From: the human T2T-CHM13v2.0 reference genome, Homo sapiens
Direction: 5' to 3' (one strand)
Assembly: GCF_009914755.1 (NCBI RefSeq)
Contig: NC_060938.1
Length of the DNA: 64,000 nt
Positions within the stretch are counted from its first letter, which is position 1, and the number at the start of each line of letters is the position of its first letter. Position numbers and translations under genes: made by a program. Below are positions 24,801 to 39,800 of the stretch, one piece after another. Below the pieces are notes generated by a model. The model was not told where the DNA came from. It searched no databases and saw nothing but the letters and a program-made list of their open reading frames with translations.

Positions 24801-27800
24801 CAAACAAGTTTATGAGAATGCTTCTGTCTAGTTTTTATTTGAAGATATTTCCTTTCTCACCATAGAGCTGAAAGCTGTCCTAATGTTCACTTCCAGATAC
24901 TACAGAAAGAGTGTTTCAAAACTGCTGTACGAAAGGGAATGTTCAACTCTGTGACTTGAATGCACACATCACAAAGAAGTTTCTGAGGATGCTGCTGTCT
25001 ACTTTTTATACGTAATCCCGTTTCCAACGAAATCCTCCAAGCTATCCAAATATCCACTTGCAGATTCCACAGAAAGACTGTTTCAAAACTGCTCTGTCAA
25101 TAGAAAGGTTCAACTCTGTTAGCTGCGTGCATATATCCCAAAGAAGATTCTGAGATTGCTTCTGTCTAGTTTTTATGGGAAGATATTTCCCTTTTCACCG
25201 TAGACGTCAAGGCGCTCCAAATGTCCACTTCCAGATACTACAAAAAGAGTGTTTCAAACCTACTCTGTGAAAGGGAATATTCAACTCTGTGACTTGAATG
25301 CACATATCACAAAGAAGTTTCTGAGAATGCTTCTGTCGAGATTTTATATGAAGATATTCCCGTTTCCAACGAAATGCTGAAATGTATCCAAATATCCCCT
25401 CGCAGATTCTACAAAAAGAGTGTTTCAAAACTGCTCTGTGAAAAGAAAGGTTCAACTCTGTTAGTTGAGTACACACATCACAAACAAGTTTCACAGAATG
25501 CTTCTTTCTAGCTTGTAGGGGAAGATATTCCCTTTATCACCATGGGCCTCCAACCGTCCGAAACATCCACTTCCATATACTACAAAAAGAGCGTTTCAAA
25601 CCTGCTCTATGAAAGGCAATGTTCAACTCTGTGACTTGAATGCAGACATCACAGAGCAGTTTCTGAGAATGCTTCTGTCTAGATTTTATAGGAAGATATT
25701 CCCGTTTCCAACGAAATCTTCACAGCTATCCAAATATCCACTTGCAGATTCTACAAAAAGAGTGTATCAAAACTGCTCTGTCAAAAGGAAGGTTCTTCTC
25801 TGTTAGGTGAGTGCATACGTCATAAAGGAGTTTCTGAGAATGTTTCTGTCTAGTGGTTATGGGAAGATATTTGCTTTTTCACCGTAGGCCTCAGAGCGCT
25901 CCAAATATCCACTTGCACATACTACAAAAAGAGTGCTTCAAAGCTGCTCTCTGAAACGGAATGTTCAACTCTATGAGTTGAATGCAAACATCACAAAGAC
26001 GTTTCTGAGAATGCTTCTGTCTAGATTTGATATGAAGATATTCCCGTTTCCAACGAAATCTTCAAATCTATCCAAATGTCCACTTGCAGATTCAACAAAA
26101 AGTGTTTTTCAGAACTGCTCTATCAAAAGAAAGATCTACCTCTGTTAGCTGAGTTCACACATCACAAACAAGTTTATGAGAATGCTTCTGTCTAGTTTTT
26201 ATTTGAAGATATTTCCTTTCTCACCATAGAGCTGAAAGCTGTCCTAATGTTCACTTCCAGATACTACAGAAAGAGTGTTTCAAAACTGCTGTACGAAAGG
26301 GAATGTTCAACTCTGTGACTTGAATGCACACATCACAGAGAAGTTTCTGAGGATGCTGCTGTCTACTTTTTATACGTAATCCCGTTTCCAACGAAATCCT
26401 CCAAGCTATCCAAATATCCACTTGCAGATTCCACAGAAAGACTGTTTCAAAACTGCTCTGTCAATAGAAAGGTTCAACTCTGTTAGCTGCATGCATATAT
26501 CCCAAAGAAGATTCTGAGATTGCTTCTGTCTAGTTTTTATGGGAAGATATTTCCCTTTTCACCGTAGGCGTCAAGGCGCTCCAAATGTCCACTTCCAGAT
26601 ACTACAAAAAGAGTGTTTCAAACCTACTCTGTGAAAGGGAATATTCAACTCTGTGACTTGAATGCACATATCACAAGGAAGTTTCTGAGAATGCTTCTGT
26701 CGAGATTTTATATGAAGATATTCCCGTTTCCAACGAAATCCTGAAATGTATCCAAATATCCCCTTGCAGATTCTACAAAAAGAGTGTTTCAAAACTGCTC
26801 TGTAAAAAGAAAGGTTCAACTCTGTTAGTTGAGTACACACATCACAAACAAGTTTCACACAATGCTTCTTTCTAGCTTGTAGGGGAAGATATTCCCTTTA
26901 TCACCATGGGCCTCAAACCGTCCGATAAGTCCACTTCCATATACTACAAAAAGAGCGTTTCAAACCTGCTCTATGAAAGGCAATGTTCAACTCTGTGACT
27001 TGAATGCAGACATCACAGAGCAGTTTCTGAGAATGCTTCTGTCTAGATTTTATAGGAAGATATTCCCGTTTCCAACGAAATCTTCACAGCTATCCAAATA
27101 TCCACTTGCAGATTCTACAAAAAGAGTGTATCAAAACTGCTCTGTCAAAAGGAAGGTTCTTCTCTGTTAGGTGAGTGCATACGTCATAAAGGAGTTTCTG
27201 AGAATGTTTCTGTCTAGTGGTTATGGGAAGATATTTGCTTTTTCACCGTAGGCCTCAGAGCGCTCCAAATATCCACTTGCACATACTACAAAAAGAGTGC
27301 CTCAAAGCTGCTCTCTGAAACGGAATGTTCAACTCTATGAGTTGAATGCAAACATCGCAAAGACGTTTCTGAGAATGCTTCTGTCTAGATTTGATATGAA
27401 GATATTCCCGTTTCCAACGAAATCTTCAAATCTATCCAAATGTCCACTTGCAGATTCAACAAAAAGTGTTTTTCAGAACTGCTCTATCAAAAGAAAGATC
27501 CACCTCTGTTAGCTGAGTTCACACATCACAAACAAGTTTATGAGAATGCTTCTGTCTAGTTTTTATTTGAAGATATTTCCTTTCTCACCATAGAGCTGAA
27601 AGCTGTCCTAATGTTCACTTCCAGATACTACAGAAAGAGTGTTTCAAAACTGCTGTACGAAAGGGAATGTTCAACTCTGTGACTTGAATGCACACATCAC
27701 AAAGAAGTTTCTGAGGATGCTGCTGTCTACTTTTTATACGTAATCCCGTTTCCAACGAAATCCTCCAAGCTATCCAAATATCCACTTGCAGATTCCACAG

Positions 27801-30800
27801 AAAGACTGTTTCAAAACTGCTCTGTCAATAGAAAGGTTCAACTCTGTTAGCTGCGTGCATATATCCCAAAGAAGATTCTGAGATTGCTTCTGTCTAGTTT
27901 TTATGGGAAGATATTTCCCTTTTCACCGTAGGCGTCAAGGCGCTCCAAATGTCCACTTCCAGATACTACAAAAAGAGTGTTTCAAACCTACTCTGTGAAA
28001 GGGAATATTCAACTCTGTGACTTGAATGCACATATCACAAGGAAGTTTCTGAGAATGCTTCTGTCGAGATTTTATATGAAGATATTCCCGTTTCCAACGA
28101 AATGCTGAAATGTATCCAAATATCCCCTCGCAGATTCTACAAAAAGAGTGTTTCAAAACTGCTCTGTGAAAAGAAAGGTTCAACTCTGTTAGTTGAGTAC
28201 ACACATCACAAACAAGTTTCACAGAATGCTTCTTTCTAGCTTGTAGGGGAAGATATTCCCTTTATCACCATGGGCCTCCAACCGTCCGAAACATCCACTT
28301 CCATATACTACAAAAAGAGCGTTTCAAACCTGCTCTATGAAAGGCAATGTTCAACTCTGTGACTTGAATGCAGACATCACAGAGCAGTTTCTGAGAATGC
28401 TTCTGTCTAGATTTTATAGGAAGATATTCCCGTTTCCAACGAAATCTTCACAGCTATCCAAATATCCACTTGCAGATTCTACAAAAAGAGTGTATCAAAA
28501 CTGCTCTGTCAAAAGGAAGGTTCTTCTCTGTTAGGTGAGTGCATACGTCATAAAGGAGTTTCTGAGAATGTTTCTGTCTAGTGGTTATGGGAAGATATTT
28601 GCTTTTTCACCGTAGGCCTCAGAGCGCTCCAAATATCCACTTGCACATACTACAAAAAGAGTGCTTCAAAGCTGCTCTCTGAAACGGAATGTTCAACTCT
28701 ATGAGTTGAATGCAAACATCACAAAGACGTTTCTGAGAATGCTTCTGTCTAGATTTGATATGAAGATATTCCCGTTTCCAACGAAATCTTCAAATCTATC
28801 CAAATGTCCACTTGCAGATTCAACAAAAAGTGTTTTTCAGAACTGCTCTATCAAAAGAAAGATCCACCTCTGTTAGCTGAGTTCACACATCACAAACAAG
28901 TTTATGAGAATGCTTCTGTCTAGTTTTTATTTGAAGATATTTCCTTTCTCACCATAGAGCTGAAAGCTGTCCTAATGTTCACTTCCAGATACTACAGAAA
29001 GAGTGTTTCAAAACTGCTGTACGAAAGGGAATGTTCAACTCTGTGACTTGAATGCACACATCACAAAGAAGTTTCTGAGGATGCTGCTGTCTACTTTTTA
29101 TACGTAATCCCGTTTCCAACGAAATCCTCCAAGCTATCCAAATATCCACTTGCAGATTCCACAGAAAGACTGTTTCAAAACTGCTCTGTCAATAGAAAGG
29201 TTCAACTCTGTTAGCTGCGTGCATATATCCCAAAGAAGATTCTGAGATTGCTTCTGTCTAGTTTTTATGGGAAGATATTTCCCTTTTCACCGTAGGCGTC
29301 AAGGCGCTCCAAATGTCCACTTCCAGATACTACAAAAAGAGTGTTTCAAACCTACTCTGTGAAAGGGAATATTCAACTCTGTGACTTGAATGCACATATC
29401 ACAAAGAAGTTTCTGAGAATGCTTCTGTCGAGATTTTATATGAAGATATTCCCGTTTCCAACGAAATGCTGAAATCTATCCAAATATCCCCTCGCAGATT
29501 CTACAAAAAGAGTGTTTCAAAACTGCTCTGTGAAAAGAAAGGTTCAACTCTGTTAGTTGAGTACACACATCACAAACAAGTTTCACAGAATGCTTCTTTC
29601 TAGCTTGTAGGGGAAGATATTCCCTTTATCACCATGGGCCTCCAACCGTCCGAAACATCCACTTCCATATACTACAAAAAGAGCGTTTCAAACCTGCTCT
29701 ATGAAAGGCAATGTTCAACTCTGTGACTTGAATGCAGACATCACAGAGCAGTTTCTGAGAATGCTTCTGTCTAGATTTTATAGGAAGATATTCCCGTTTC
29801 CAACGAAATCTTCACAGCTATCCAAATATCCACTTGCAGATTCTACAAAAAGAGTGTATCAAAACTGCTCTGTCAAAAGGAAGGTTCTTCTCTGTTAGGT
29901 GAGTGCATACGTCATAAAGGAGTTTCTGAGAATGTTTCTGTCTAGTGGTTATGGGAAGATATTTGCTTTTTCACCGTAGGCCTCAGAGCGCTCCAAATAT
30001 CCACTTGCACATACTACAAAAAGAGTGCTTCAAAGCTGCTCTCTGAAACGGAATGTTCAACTCTATGAGTTGAATGCAAACATCACAAAGACGTTTCTGA
30101 GAATGCTTCTGTCTAGATTTGATATGAAGATATTCCCGTTTCCAACGAAATCTTCAAATCTATCCAAATGTCCACTTGCAGATTCAACAAAAAGTGTTTT
30201 TCAGAACTGCTCTATCAAAAGAAAGATCCACCTCTGTTAGCTGAGTTCACACATCACAAACAAGTTTATGAGAATGCTTCTGTCTAGTTTTTATTTGAAG
30301 ATATTTCCTTTCTCACCATAGAGCTGAAAGCTGTCCTAATGTTCACTTCCAGATACTACAGAAAGAGTGTTTCAAAACTGCTGTACGAAAGGGAATGTTC
30401 AACTCTGTGACTTGAATGCACACATCACAAAGAAGTTTCTGAGGATGCTGCTGTCTACTTTTTATACGTAATCCCGTTTCCAACGAAATCCTCCAAGCTA
30501 TCCAAATATCCACTTGCAGATTCCACAGAAAGACTGTTTCAAAACTGCTCTGTCAATAGAAAGGTTCAACTCTGTTAGCTGCGTGCATATATCCCAAAGA
30601 AGATTCTGAGATTGCTTCTGTCTAGTTTTTATGGGAAGATATTTCCCTTTTCACCGTAGGCGTCAAGGCGCTCCAAATGTCCACTTCCAGATACTACAAA
30701 AAGAGTGTTTCAAACCTACTCTGTGAAAGGGAATATTCAACTCTGTGACTTGAATGCACATATCACAAAGAAGTTTCTGAGAATGCTTCTGTCGAGATTT

Positions 30801-33800
30801 TATATGAAGATATTCCCGTTTCCAACGAAATGCTGAAATCTATCCAAATATCCCCTCGCAGATTCTACAAAAAGAGTGTTTCAAAACTGCTCTGTGAAAA
30901 GAAAGGTTCAACTCTGTTAGTTGAGTACACACATCACAAACAAGTTTCACAGAATGCTTCTTTCTAGCTTGTAGGGGAAGATATTCCCTTTATCACCATG
31001 GGCCTCCAACCGTCCGAAACATCCACTTCCATATACTACAAAAAGAGCGTTTCAAACCTGCTCTATGAAAGGCAATGTTCAACTCTGTGACTTGAATGCA
31101 GACATCACAGAGCAGTTTCTGAGAATGCTTCTGTCTAGATTTTATAGGAAGATATTCCCGTTTCCAACGAAATCTTCACAGCTATCCAAATATCCACTTG
31201 CAGATTCTACAAAAAGAGTGTATCAAAACTGCTCTGTCAAAAGGAAGGTTCTTCTCTGTTAGGTGAGTGCATACGTCATAAAAGAGTTTCTGAGAATGTT
31301 TCTGTCTAGTGGTTATGGGAAGATATTTGCTTTTTCACCGTAGGCCTCAGAGCGCTCCAAATATCCACTTGCACATACTACAAAAAGAGTGCTTCAAAGC
31401 TGCTCTCTGAAACGGAATGTTCAACTCTATGAGTTGAATGCAAACATCACAAAGACGTTTCTGAGAATGCTTCTGTCTAGATTTGATATGAAGATATTCC
31501 CGTTTCCAACGAAATCTTCAAATCTATCCAAATGTCCACTTGCAGATTCAACAAAAAGTGTTTTTCAGAACTGCTCTATCAAAAGAAAGATCCACCTCTG
31601 TTAGCTGAGTTCACACATCACAAACAAGTTTATGAGAATGCTTCTGTCTAGTTTTTATTTGAAGATATTTCCTTTCTCACCATAGAGCTGAAAGCTGTCC
31701 TAATGTTCACTTCCAGATACTACAGAAAGAGTGTTTCAAAACTGCTGTACGAAAGGGAATGTTCAACTCTGTGACTTGAATGCACACATCACAAAGAAGT
31801 TTCTGAGGATGCTGCTGTCTACTTTTTATACGTAATCCCGTTTCCAACGAAATCCTCCAAGCTATCCAAATATCCACTTGCAGATTCCACAGAAAGACTG
31901 TTTCAAAACTGCTCTGTCAATAGAAAGGTTCAACTCTGTTAGCTGCATGCATATATCCCAAAGAAGATTCTGAGATTGCTTCTGTCTAGTTTTTATGGGA
32001 AGATATTTCCCTTTTCACCGTAGGCGTCAAGGCGCTCCAAATGTCCACTTCCAGATACTACAAAAAGAGTGTTTCAAACCTACTCTGTGAAAGGGAATAT
32101 TCAACTCTGTGACTTGAATGCACATATCACAAGGAAGTTTCTGAGAATGCTTCTGTCGAGATTTTATATGAAGATATTCCCGTTTCCAACGAAATCCTGA
32201 AATCTATCCAAATATCCCCTCGCAGATTCTACAAAAAGAGTGTTTCAAAACTGCTCTGTAAAAAGAAAGGTTCAACTCTGTTAGTTGAGTACACACATCA
32301 CAAACAAGTTTCACACAATGCTTCTTTCTAGCTTGTAGGGGAAGATATTCCCTTTATCACCATGGGCCTCAAACCGTCCGATAAGTCCACTTCCATATAC
32401 TACAAAAAGAGCGTTTCAAACCTGTTCTATGAAAGGCAATGTTCAACTCTGTGACTTGAATGCAGACATCACAGAGCAGTTTCTGAGAATGCTTCTGTCT
32501 AGATTTTATAGGAAGATATTCCCGTTTCCAACGAAATCTTCACAGCTATCCAAATATCCACTTGCAGATTCTACAAAAAGAGTGTATCAAAACTGCTCTG
32601 TCAAAAGGAAGGTTCTTTTCTGTTAGGTGAGTGCATACGTCATAAAGGAGTTTCTGAGAATGTTTCTGTCTAGTGGTTATGGGAAGATATTTGCTTTTTC
32701 ACCGTAGGCCTCAGAGCGCTCCAAATATCCACTTGCACATACTACAAAAAGAGTGCCTCAAAGCTGCTCTCTGAAACGGAATGTTCAACTCTATGAGTTG
32801 AATGCAAACATCGCAAAGACGTTTCTGAGAATGCTTCTGTCTAGATTTGATATGAAGATATTCCCGTTTCCAACGAAATCTTCAAATCTATCCAAATGTC
32901 CACTTGCAGATTCAACAAAAAGTGTTTTTCAGAACTGCTCTATCAAAAGAAAGATCCACCTGTGTTAGCTGAGTTCACACATCACAAACAAGTTTATGAG
33001 AATGCTTCTGTCTAGTTTTTATTTGAAGATATTTCCTTTCTCACCATAGAGCTGAAAGCTGTCCTAATGTTCACTTCCAGATACTACAGAAAGAGTGTTT
33101 CAAAACTGCTGTACGAAAGGGAATGTTCAACTCTGTGACTTGAATGCACACATCACAAAGAAGTTTCTGAGGATGCTGCTGTCTACTTTTTATACGTAAT
33201 CCCGTTTCCAACGAAATCCTCCAAGCTATCCAAATATCCACTTGCAGATTCCACAGAAAGACTGTTTCAAAACTGCTCTGTCAATAGAAAGGTTCAACTC
33301 TGTTAGCTGCGTGCATATATCCCAAAGAAGATTCTGAGATTGCTTCTGTCTAGTTTTTATGGGAAGATATTTCCCTTTTCACCGTAGGCGTCAAGGCGCT
33401 CCAAATGTCCACTTCCAGATACTACAAAAAGAGTGTTTCAAACCTACTCTGTGAAAGGGAATATTCAACTCTGTGACTTGAATGCACATATCACAAAGAA
33501 GTTTCTGAGAATGCTTCTGTCGAGATTTTATATGAAGATATTCCCGTTTCCAACGAAATGCTGAAATCTATCCAAATATCCCCTCGCAGATTCTACAAAA
33601 AGAGTGTTTCAAAACTGCTCTGTGAAAAGAAAGGTTCAACTCTGTTAGTTGAGTACACACATCACAAACAAGTTTCACAGAATGCTTCTTTCTAGCTTGT
33701 AGGGGAAGATATTCCCTTTATCACCATGGGCCTCCAACCGTCCGAAACATCCACTTCCATATACTACAAAAAGAGCGTTTCAAACCTGCTCTATGAAAGG

Positions 33801-36800
33801 CAATGTTCAACTCTGTGACTTGAATGCAGACATCACAGAGCAGTTTCTGAGAATGCTTCTGTCTAGATTTTATAGGAAGATATTCCCGTTTCCAACGAAA
33901 TCTTCACAGCTATCCAAATATCCACTTGCAGATTCTACAAAAAGAGTGTATCAAAACTGCTCTGTCAAAAGGAAGGTTCTTCTCTGTTAGGTGAGTGCAT
34001 ACGTCATAAAGGAGTTTCTGAGAATGTTTCTGTCTAGTGGTTATGGGAAGATATTTGCTTTTTCACCGTAGGCCTCAGAGCGCTCCAAATATCCACTTGC
34101 ACATACTACAAAAAGAGTGCTTCAAAGCTGCTCTCTGAAACGGAATGTTCAACTCTATGAGTTGAATGCAAACATCACAAAGACGTTTCTGAGAATGCTT
34201 CTGTCTAGATTTGATATGAAGATATTCCCGTTTCCAACGAAATCTTCAAATCTATCCAAATGTCCACTTGCAGATTCAACAAAAAGTGTTTTTCAGAACT
34301 GCTCTATCAAAAGAAAGATCCACCTCTGTTAGCTGAGTTCACACATCACAAACAAGTTTATGAGAATGCTTCTGTCTAGTTTTTATTTGAAGATATTTCC
34401 TTTCTCACCATAGAGCTGAAAGCTGTCCTAATGTTCACTTCCAGATACTACAGAAAGAGTGTTTCAAAACTGCTGTACGAAAGGGAATGTTCAACTCTGT
34501 GACTTGAATGCACACATCACAAAGAAGTTTCTGAGGATGCTGCTGTCTACTTTTTATACGTAATCCCGTTTCCAACGAAATCCTCCAAGCTATCCAAATA
34601 TCCACTTGCAGATTCCACAGAAAGACTGTTTCAAAACTGCTCTGTCAATAGAAAGGTTCAACTCTGTTAGCTGCATGCATATATCCCAAAGAAGATTCTG
34701 AGATTGCTTCTGTCTAGTTTTTATGGGAAGATATTTCCCTTTTCACCGTAGGCGTCAAGGCGCTCCAAATGTCCACTTCCAGATACTACAAAAAGAGTGT
34801 TTCAAACCTACTCTGTGAAAGGGAATATTCAACTCTGTGACTTGAATGCACATATCACAAGGAAGTTTCTGAGAATGCTTCTGTCGAGATTTTATATGAA
34901 GATATTCCCGTTTCCAACGAAATCCTGAAATCTATCCAAATATCCCCTTGCAGATTCTACAAAAAGAGTGTTTCAAAACTGCTCTGTAAAAAGAAAGGTT
35001 CAACTCTGTTAGTTGAGTACACACATCACAAACAAGTTTCACACAATGCTTCTTTCTAGCTTGTAGGGGAAGATATTCCCTTTATCACCATGGGCCTCAA
35101 ACCGTCCGATAAGTCCACTTCCATATACTACAAAAAGAGCGTTTCAAACCTGCTCTATGAAAGGCAATGTTCAACTCTGTGACTTGAATGCAGACATCAC
35201 AGAGCAGTTTCTGAGAATGCTTCTGTCTAGATTTTATAGGAAGATATTCCCGTTTCCAACGAAATCTTCACAGCTATCCAAATATCCACTTGCAGATTCT
35301 ACAAAAAGAGTGTATCAAAACTGCTCTGTCAAAAGGAAGGTTCTTTTCTGTTAGGTGAGTGCATACGTCATAAAGGAGTTTCTGAGAATGTTTCTGTCTA
35401 GTGGTTATGGGAAGATATTTGCTTTTTCACCGTAGGCCTCAGAGCGCTCCAAATATCCACTTGCACATACTACAAAAAGAGTGCCTCAAAGCTGCTCTCT
35501 GAAACGGAATGTTCAACTCTATGAGTTGAATGCAAACATCGCAAAGACGTTTCTGAGAATGCTTCTGTCTAGATTTGATATGAAGATATTCCCGTTTCCA
35601 ACGAAATCTTCAAATCTATCCAAATGTCCACTTGCAGATTCAACAAAAAGTGTTTTTCACAACTGCTCTATCAAAAGAAAGATCCACCTCTGTTAGCTGA
35701 GTTCACACATCACAAACAAGTTTATGAGAATGCTTCTGTCTAGTTTTTATTTGAAGATATTTCCTTTCTCACCATAGAGCTGAAAGCTGTCCTAATGTTC
35801 ACTTCCAGATACTACAGAAAGAGTGTTTCAAAACTGCTGTACGAAAGGGAATGTTCAACTCTGTGACTTGAATGCACACATCACAAAGAAGTTTCTGAGG
35901 ATGCTGCTGTCTACTTTTTATACGTAATCCCGTTTCCAACGAAATCCTCCAAGCTATCCAAATATCCACTTGCAGATTCCACAGAAAGACTGTTTCAAAA
36001 CTGCTCTGTCAATAGAAAGGTTCAACTCTGTTAGCTGCGTGCATATATCCCAAAGAAGATTCTGAGATTGCTTCTGTCTAGTTTTTATGGGAAGATATTT
36101 CCCTTTTCACCGTAGGCGTCAAGGCGCTCCAAATGTCCACTTCCAGATACTACAAAAAGAGTGTTTCAAACCTACTCTGTGAAAGGGAATATTCAACTCT
36201 GTGACTTGAATGCACATATCACAAAGAAGTTTCTGAGAATGCTTCTGTCGAGATTTTATATGAAGATATTCCCGTTTCCAACGAAATGCTGAAATCTATC
36301 CAAATATCCCCTCGCAGATTCTACAAAAAGAGTGTTTCAAAACTGCTCTGTGAAAAGAAAGGTTCAACTCTGTTAGTTGAGTACACACATCACAAACAAG
36401 TTTCACAGAATGCTTCTTTCTAGCTTGTAGGGGAAGATATTCCCTTTATCACCATGGGCCTCCAACCGTCCGAAACATCCACTTCCATATACTACAAAAA
36501 GAGCGTTTCAAACCTGCTCTATGAAAGGCAATGTTCAACTCTGTGACTTGAATGCAGACATCACAGAGCAGTTTCTGAGAATGCTTCTGTCTAGATTTTA
36601 TAGGAAGATATTCCCGTTTCCAACGAAATCTTCACAGCTATCCAAATATCCACTTGCAGATTCTACAAAAAGAGTGTATCAAAACTGCTCTGTCAAAAGG
36701 AAGGTTCTTCTCTGTTAGGTGAGTGCATACGTCATAAAGGAGTTTCTGAGAATGTTTCTGTCTAGTGGTTATGGGAAGATATTTGCTTTTTCACCGTAGG

Positions 36801-39800
36801 CCTCAGAGCGCTCCAAATATCCACTTGCACATACTACAAAAAGAGTGCTTCAAAGCTGCTCTCTGAAACGGAATGTTCAACTCTATGAGTTGAATGCAAA
36901 CATCACAAAGACGTTTCTGAGAATGCTTCTGTCTAGATTTGATATGAAGATATTCCCGTTTCCAACGAAATCTTCAAATCTATCCAAATGTCCACTTGCA
37001 GATTCAACAAAAAGTGTTTTTCAGAACTGCTCTATCAAAAGAAAGATCCACCTCTGTTAGCTGAGTTCACACATCACAAACAAGTTTATGAGAATGCTTC
37101 TGTCTAGTTTTTATTTGAAGATATTTCCTTTCTCACCATAGAGCTGAAAGCTGTCCTAATGTTCACTTCCAGATACTACAGAAAGAGTGTTTCAAAACTG
37201 CTGTACGAAAGGGAATGTTCAACTCTGTGACTTGAATGCACACATCACAAAGAAGTTTCTGAGGATGCTGCTGTCTACTTTTTATACGTAATCCCGTTTC
37301 CAACGAAATCCTCCAAGCTATCCAAATATCCACTTGCAGATTCCACAGAAAGACTGTTTCAAAACTGCTCTCTCAATAGAAAGGTTCAACTCTGTTAGCT
37401 GCGTGCATATATCCCAAAGAAGATTCTGAGATTGCTTCTGTCTAGTTTTTATGGGAAGATATTTCCCTTTTCACCGTAGGCGTCAAGGCGCTCCAAATGT
37501 CCACTTCCAGATACTACAAAAAGAGTGTTTCAAACCTACTCTGTGAAAGGGAATATTCAACTCTGTGACTTGAATGCACATATCACAAGGAAGTTTCTGA
37601 GAATGCTTCTGTCGAGATTTTATATGAAGATATTCCCGTTTCCAACGAAATCCTGAAATCTATCCAAATATCCCCTTGCAGATTCTACAAAAAGAGTGTT
37701 TCAAAACTGCTCTGTAAAAAGAAAGGTTCAACTCTGTTAGTTGAGTACACACATCACAAACAAGTTTCACACAATGCTTCTTTCTAGCTTGTAGGGGAAG
37801 ATATTCCCTTTATCACCATGGGCCTCAAACCGTCCGATAAGTCCACTTCCATATACTACAAAAAGAGCGTTTCAAACCTGCTCTATGAAAGGCAATGTTC
37901 AACTCTGTGACTTGAATGCAGACATCACAGAGCAGTTTCTGAGAATGCTTCTGTCTAGATTTTATAGGAAGATATTCCCGTTTCCAACGAAATCTTCACA
38001 GCTATCCAAATATCCACTTGCAGATTCTACAAAAAGAGTGTATCAAAACTGCTCTGTCAAAAGGAAGGTTCTTTTCTGTTAGGTGAGTGCATACGTCATA
38101 AAGGAGTTTCTGAGAATGTTTCTGTCTAGTGGTTATGGGAAGATATTTGCTTTTTCACCGTAGGCCTCAGAGCGCTCCAAATATCCACTTGCACATACTA
38201 CAAAAAGAGTGCCTCAAAGCTGCTCTCTGAAACGGAATGTTCAACTCTATGAGTTGAATGCAAACATCGCAAAGACGTTTCTGAGAATGCTTCTGTCTAG
38301 ATTTGATATGAAGATATTCCCGTTTCCAACGAAATCTTCAAATCTATCCAAATGTCCACTTGCAGATTCAACAAAAAGTGTTTTTCAGAACTGCTCTATC
38401 AAAAGAAAGATCCACCTCTGTTAGCTGAGTTCACACATCACAAACAAGTTTATGAGAATGCTTCTGTCTAGTTTTTATTTGAAGTTATTTCCTTTCTCAC
38501 CATAGACCTGAAAGCTGTCCTAATGTTCACTTCCAGATACTACAGAAAGAGTGTTTCAAAACTGCTGTACGAAAGGGAATGTTCAACTCTGTGACTTGAA
38601 TGCACACATCACAAAGAAGTTTCTGAGGATGCTGCTGTCTACTTTTTATACGTAATCCCGTTTCCAACGAAATCCTCCAAGCTATCCAAATATCCACTTG
38701 CAGATTCCACAGAAAGACTGTTTCAAAACTGCTCTGTCAATAGAAAGGTTCAACTCTGTTAGCTGCGTGCATATATCCCAAAGAAGATTCTGAGATTGCT
38801 TCTGTCTAGTTTTTATGGGAAGATATTTCCCTTTTCACCGTAGGCGTCAAGGCGCTCCAAATGTCCACTTCCAGATACTACAAAAAGAGTGTTTCAAACC
38901 TACTCTGTGAAAGGGAATATTCAACTCTGTGACTTGAATGCACATATCACAAAGAAGTTTCTGAGAATGCTTCTGTCGAGATTTTATATGAAGATATTCC
39001 CGTTTCCAACGAAATGCTGAAATCTATCCAAATATCCCCTCGCAGATTCTACAAAAAGAGTGTTTCAAAACTGCTCTGTGAAAAGAAAGGTTCAACTCTG
39101 TTAGTTGAGTACACACATCACAAACAAGTTTCACAGAATGCTTCTTTCTAGCTTGTAGGGGAAGATATTCCCTTTATCACCATGGGCCTCCAACCGTCCG
39201 AAACATCCACTTCCATATACTACAAAAAGAGCGTTTCAAACCTGCTCTATGAAAGGCAATGTTCAACTCTGTGACTTGAATGCAGACATCACAGAGCAGT
39301 TTCTGAGAATGCTTCTGTCTAGATTTTATAGGAAGATATTCCCGTTTCCAACGAAATCTTCACAGCTATCCAAATATCCACTTGCAGATTCTACAAAAAG
39401 AGTGCATCAAAACTGCTCTGTCAAAAGGAAGGTTCTTCTCTGTTAGGTGAGTGCATACGTCATAAAGGAGTTTCTGAGAATGTTTCTGTCTAGTGGTTAT
39501 GGGAAGATATTTGCTTTTTCACCGTAGGCCTCAGAGCGCTCCAAATATCCACTTGCACATACTACAAAAAGAGTGCCTCAAAGCTGCTCTCTGAAACGGA
39601 ATGTTCAACTCTATGAGTTGAATGCAAACATCGCAAAGACGTTTCTGAGAATGCTTCTGTCTAGATTTGATATGAAGATATTCCCGTTTCCAACGAAATC
39701 TTCAAATCTATCCAAATGTCCACTTGCAGATTCAAGAAAAAGTGTTTTTCAGAACTGCTCTATCAAAAGAAAGATCCACCTCTGTTAGCTGAGTTCACAC

